From positions 2,037-66,036 of the forward strand of contig CANQDT010000009.1 in NCBI GenBank assembly GCA_947593735.1: a DNA stretch of 64,000 nucleotides. The letters are read 5' to 3'. Under the pieces are notes generated by a model. The model was not told where the DNA came from and ran no database searches. It was given only the letters and a program-made list of their open reading frames with translations. Both the position numbers and the translations under genes were made by a program. Numbering within the stretch: position 1 is the first letter of the stretch; each line of letters begins with the position of its first letter. Source of the DNA: an uncultured Lachnospiraceae bacterium (GTDB lineage: Bacteria > Bacillota > Clostridia > Lachnospirales > Lachnospiraceae). Below are positions 61,747 to 64,000 of this stretch, piece after piece.

Positions 61747-62604
61747 TTGCTGCAAATATTAAATTATTTTTATATGAAAATGGAGAAACAACTGGATTAT
61801 GAATGTAAAAACGGAAGACCCTACTGGTGCCTGGATTATTATAAAAATGATATGATCTTGTATGATATAAACGGAGCGCCGGTCATATCGGCGCCGGATT
61901 CTCTGTATCTGATCCCGCCCGACGTTCCCAGTATACACCGAAGCGCCGGCAAGAGAGCATGGATCCATACGTCCCTCCTGTTTCAGGCGGATCCCGACTC
62001 TATGGAACGGTTCTCCATCCCTTATATGACCCCGATCTCTGTCTCCGATCCGCATGGATTGGAGCAGCTGCTGTTTGATATGAACAGCCATAAGCTTTCG
62101 CAGTCGGAACTGAGTAATGACGCCCTGAACGCGTATCTGTCCCTGATCCTGATCCATACGCACGACATGCTGCACCGGATGCCGAGCGATTATACGGTCA
62201 ATGTCGGGGAGGACCTGCAGGTCGTGAGAAATATCATCATGAACAGTACCCATATGGAATGGACCATTGATAAAATGGCTGCGCTCGCCAATATGAGCCC
62301 GCGCCATTTTGCGAGAAAATACAAAATCTCGTATGGCATTTCTCCGATCGCCGATCTGTATCAATTTCGTTTTACCCGCGCGAAAAGGCTGCTGGAAAGC
62401 GGCTTTTCCATCAACCATATCCTGAATTCATGCGGTTTCAAATCTGAACAGCATTTTTCCGCTTTTTTTAAGCGCCACGCGGGAATGACGCCAGGCGAGT
62501 ACCGCAGCAGGCAAAAAAAGGCTCTGCCGGTTTCCCAGGCAGGGAAACCGGCAGAGCCGGGCGCGCGTTATCAAGATTCGCGCAAGCGCGATAATAACGA
62601 CTGA
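61747..62604 (+). CDS. AraC family transcriptional regulator
   Basis: The preferred start is the in-frame TTG at 61747, 8 nt after GGGAGGA (61732-61738). ATG 61774 and 61780 lack an RBS, and ATG 61696 lies inside the promoter. C-terminal dual HTH (MSPRHFARKYKISYGISPIADLYQFRFTRAKRLL, GFKSEQHFSAFFKRHAGMTPGEY). Confidence 0.8.
   Translation: MLQILNYFYMKMEKQLDYECKNGRPYWCLDYYKNDMILYDINGAPVISAPDSLYLIPPDVPSIHRSAGKRAWIHTSLLFQADPDSMERFSIPYMTPISVSDPHGLEQLLFDMNSHKLSQSELSNDALNAYLSLILIHTHDMLHRMPSDYTVNVGEDLQVVRNIIMNSTHMEWTIDKMAALANMSPRHFARKYKISYGISPIADLYQFRFTRAKRLLESGFSINHILNSCGFKSEQHFSAFFKRHAGMTPGEYRSRQKKALPVSQAGKPAEPGARYQDSRKRDNND
62513..62558 (-). terminator. strong intrinsic terminator of the lspA-rluD unit, embedded in the 3' end of the convergent AraC ORF
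   Basis: Perfect 17-bp stem GGCTCTGCCGGTTTCCC (62520-62536) / GGGAAACCGGCAGAGCC (62542-62558) with a 5-nt loop. On the minus strand a T7 run follows (62519-62513). Confidence 0.85.
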
Positions 62605-63500
62605 AAATAATCCGGAAGTTCCGAATCAAATTCCATATATTGACCGGAACGCGGATGGAGAAATCCGATCGTTTTGGCGTGCAGGCATTGTCCGTCAAGG
62701 GCAAACGGCTGCCGGGACGGACCGTAAACGGTATCTCCGAGCAGCGGATGCTGGATGCTCGCCATATGGACGCGGATCTGATGCGTTCGTCCCGTTTCCA
62801 GACGACATTCGATATACGTACATACCCGGTCGCGGAAACGCTCCAGAACGCGGTAATGCGTGACCGCTTCTTTTCCGTTCCGGCGGTCGACGCACATTCG
62901 TTTCCGGTCGGTCGGATGCCGCCCGATGGGCGCGTCGATCGTTCCGGAATCTTCTGTTATATTATAGAACGCGAGGGCGTGGTACGCCCTGGTGATGGAA
63001 TGTGTTTTCAGCTGATCGGCGATCGACCGGTGCGCCGTATCGTTTTTGCATACGACGAGCAGACCGGTCGTGTCCCGGTCAATGCGGTGAACAATGCCGG
63101 GGCGGAGGATCCCGTTGATCCCGGACAGATTGCCGCGGCAGTGGTACAGGACGGCGTTGACCAGCGTCCCGGACATATGGCCCGGCGCCGGATGGACAAC
63201 CATGCCCTTTTCCTTGTTGATGATGAGAAGGTCGTCGTCCTCGTAAACGATCCGGAGCGGTATCGGCTCCGGTTCGATCCGGATCTCCTCCGGAGCAGGC
63301 ACAAAAACGGACACGGTATCGCCCGGGGCGACCCGCGTGTTCGCTTTCGCGGGCAAATGGTTGACAGAAACATTTCCGTCCCGGATCAGCTTCTGCAGAT
63401 AGGATCGGCTCAGATCCGGCATCTGATCGGACAGGGCTTTGTCAACGCGGCTCCCCGCCTGCTCTTCCGTTATGTTGATCGTATAGTGCGTCCCGTTCAT
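62571..63500 (-). CDS. rluD: RluA-family 23S rRNA pseudouridine synthase (RluD-like)
   Basis: ATG at 63500 overlaps the lspA stop (ATGA). S4 domain (RVDKALSDQMPDLSRSYLQKLIRDGNVSVN). Catalytic block HRIDRDTTGLLVV. Confidence 0.9.
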   Translation of the reverse strand: MNGTHYTINITEEQAGSRVDKALSDQMPDLSRSYLQKLIRDGNVSVNHLPAKANTRVAPGDTVSVFVPAPEEIRIEPEPIPLRIVYEDDDLLIINKEKGMVVHPAPGHMSGTLVNAVLYHCRGNLSGINGILRPGIVHRIDRDTTGLLVVCKNDTAHRSIADQLKTHSITRAYHALAFYNITEDSGTIDAPIGRHPTDRKRMCVDRRNGKEAVTHYRVLERFRDRVCTYIECRLETGRTHQIRVHMASIQHPLLGDTVYGPSRQPFALDGQCLHAKTIGFLHPRSGQYMEFDSELPDYFQSLLSRLRES

Positions 63501-63994
63501 TGTATACCCGTCTCGTTCTTTTCTATCGTTTTTTCTCCGGAGAATATTGTGATCAGGCACAAAAACAAAACCGATATGGTCACATAGCAGTCGGCGATGT
63601 TAAATACCGGAAAATCGATCAGAGAAAAATAAATGAAATCAATGACATAGCCGAAAGCGATGCGGTCGATGAGATTGCCGGCAGCGCCCGCGAGCAAAAA
63701 AAGAAGCAGGACGGGAACCGCCCCGGCTTTTTCTTTCGCGGAGCACCGCACGAACACGGCGGCAAGGACGCCGGATACAAGCAGCGTAAACGGGATCAGG
63801 AGCCATAGCCTGTTTTGGAACAGACCGAACGCCGCGCCGCGATTTTCCAGATACGTCAGTTCCAGTACGCCCGGGATCACCGTCGTCGACGGCTTTCCTT
63901 TCCAGAGGGCGACGGCAAGGCGCTTTGTGCCCTGATCTGCCGCGATCAGCAGCAGGACGAAAAAAACGGATCGGAGATAATAGCGCCAGTTCAT
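63497..63994 (-). CDS. lspA: lipoprotein signal peptidase II
   Basis: Four TM segments. Blocks LIAADQGTK, NRGAAFG, AGAAGNLIDR and VIDFIYF...FPVFNIAD. Confidence 0.92.
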   Translation of the reverse strand: MNWRYYLRSVFFVLLLIAADQGTKRLAVALWKGKPSTTVIPGVLELTYLENRGAAFGLFQNRLWLLIPFTLLVSGVLAAVFVRCSAKEKAGAVPVLLLFLLAGAAGNLIDRIAFGYVIDFIYFSLIDFPVFNIADCYVTISVLFLCLITIFSGEKTIEKNETGIQ

Positions 63995-64000
63995 AATTCC

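Noticed and set aside
62640-63587. 315-aa plus-strand ORF opposite rluD
   Set aside because: Shadow ORF. The rluD frame has the HRIDRDTTG catalytic motif.
1-64000. CRISPR arrays, rRNA genes, IS elements or transposases, and prophage structural genes
   Set aside because: I looked for regularly spaced short repeats, rRNA-like conserved strings and DDE or serine-recombinase signatures on both strands, and found none. The only repeat arrays are the AraC-region repeats and the 42-bp coding duplication.

Overview
GC-rich Firmicutes (class Clostridia) chromosomal segment, densely coded and mostly housekeeping, with several accessory insertions. No rRNA, CRISPR array or transposase was seen. Core blocks: tyrA-aroA, an EF-G paralog, an L,D-transpeptidase, leuS, an ABC importer, glgA plus a GH13 enzyme, galK, and polA-coaE. 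These are followed by an ACT/UPF0210 pair, tyrS, a radical-SAM pair with rng, rplU-prp-rpmA-obg-yhbY-nadD/yqeK-rsfS, murT-gatD, lexA, and rluD-lspA. Two tandem tRNA-Leu genes lie on the minus strand; one reads as the unusual anticodon AAG. The accessory content is dominated by four very large secreted proteins that each end in a dockerin module. They are a GH95-like glycosidase with ricin, Ig and discoidin modules; a discoidin plus metallophosphoesterase protein; a 1.5-kaa GH30-like/ricin/LamG/GH43-like fusion; and a 1.76-kaa double esterase with repeated CBMs. Two of these loci have divergent AraC regulators. No cohesin or scaffoldin gene is in the window. Two small, visibly AT-richer insertions interrupt conserved gene strings. 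One is an AbiEi/AbiEii type IV toxin-antitoxin pair between a cell-wall hydrolase gene and polA. The other is an uncharacterised DUF4160/DUF2442 pair between obg and yhbY. Other observations include a 324-bp strand-asymmetric non-coding gap between convergent genes, a repeat array in an AraC-controlled promoter region, nested inverted repeats upstream of the lexA-linked operon, and a 42-bp in-frame tandem duplication in the linker of a NadD-YqeK fusion. I found nothing I can defend as a clearly novel multi-gene system. The DUF4160/DUF2442 cassette and the dockerin enzyme set are the best leads. All family calls rest on motif recognition by eye and need HMM confirmation.
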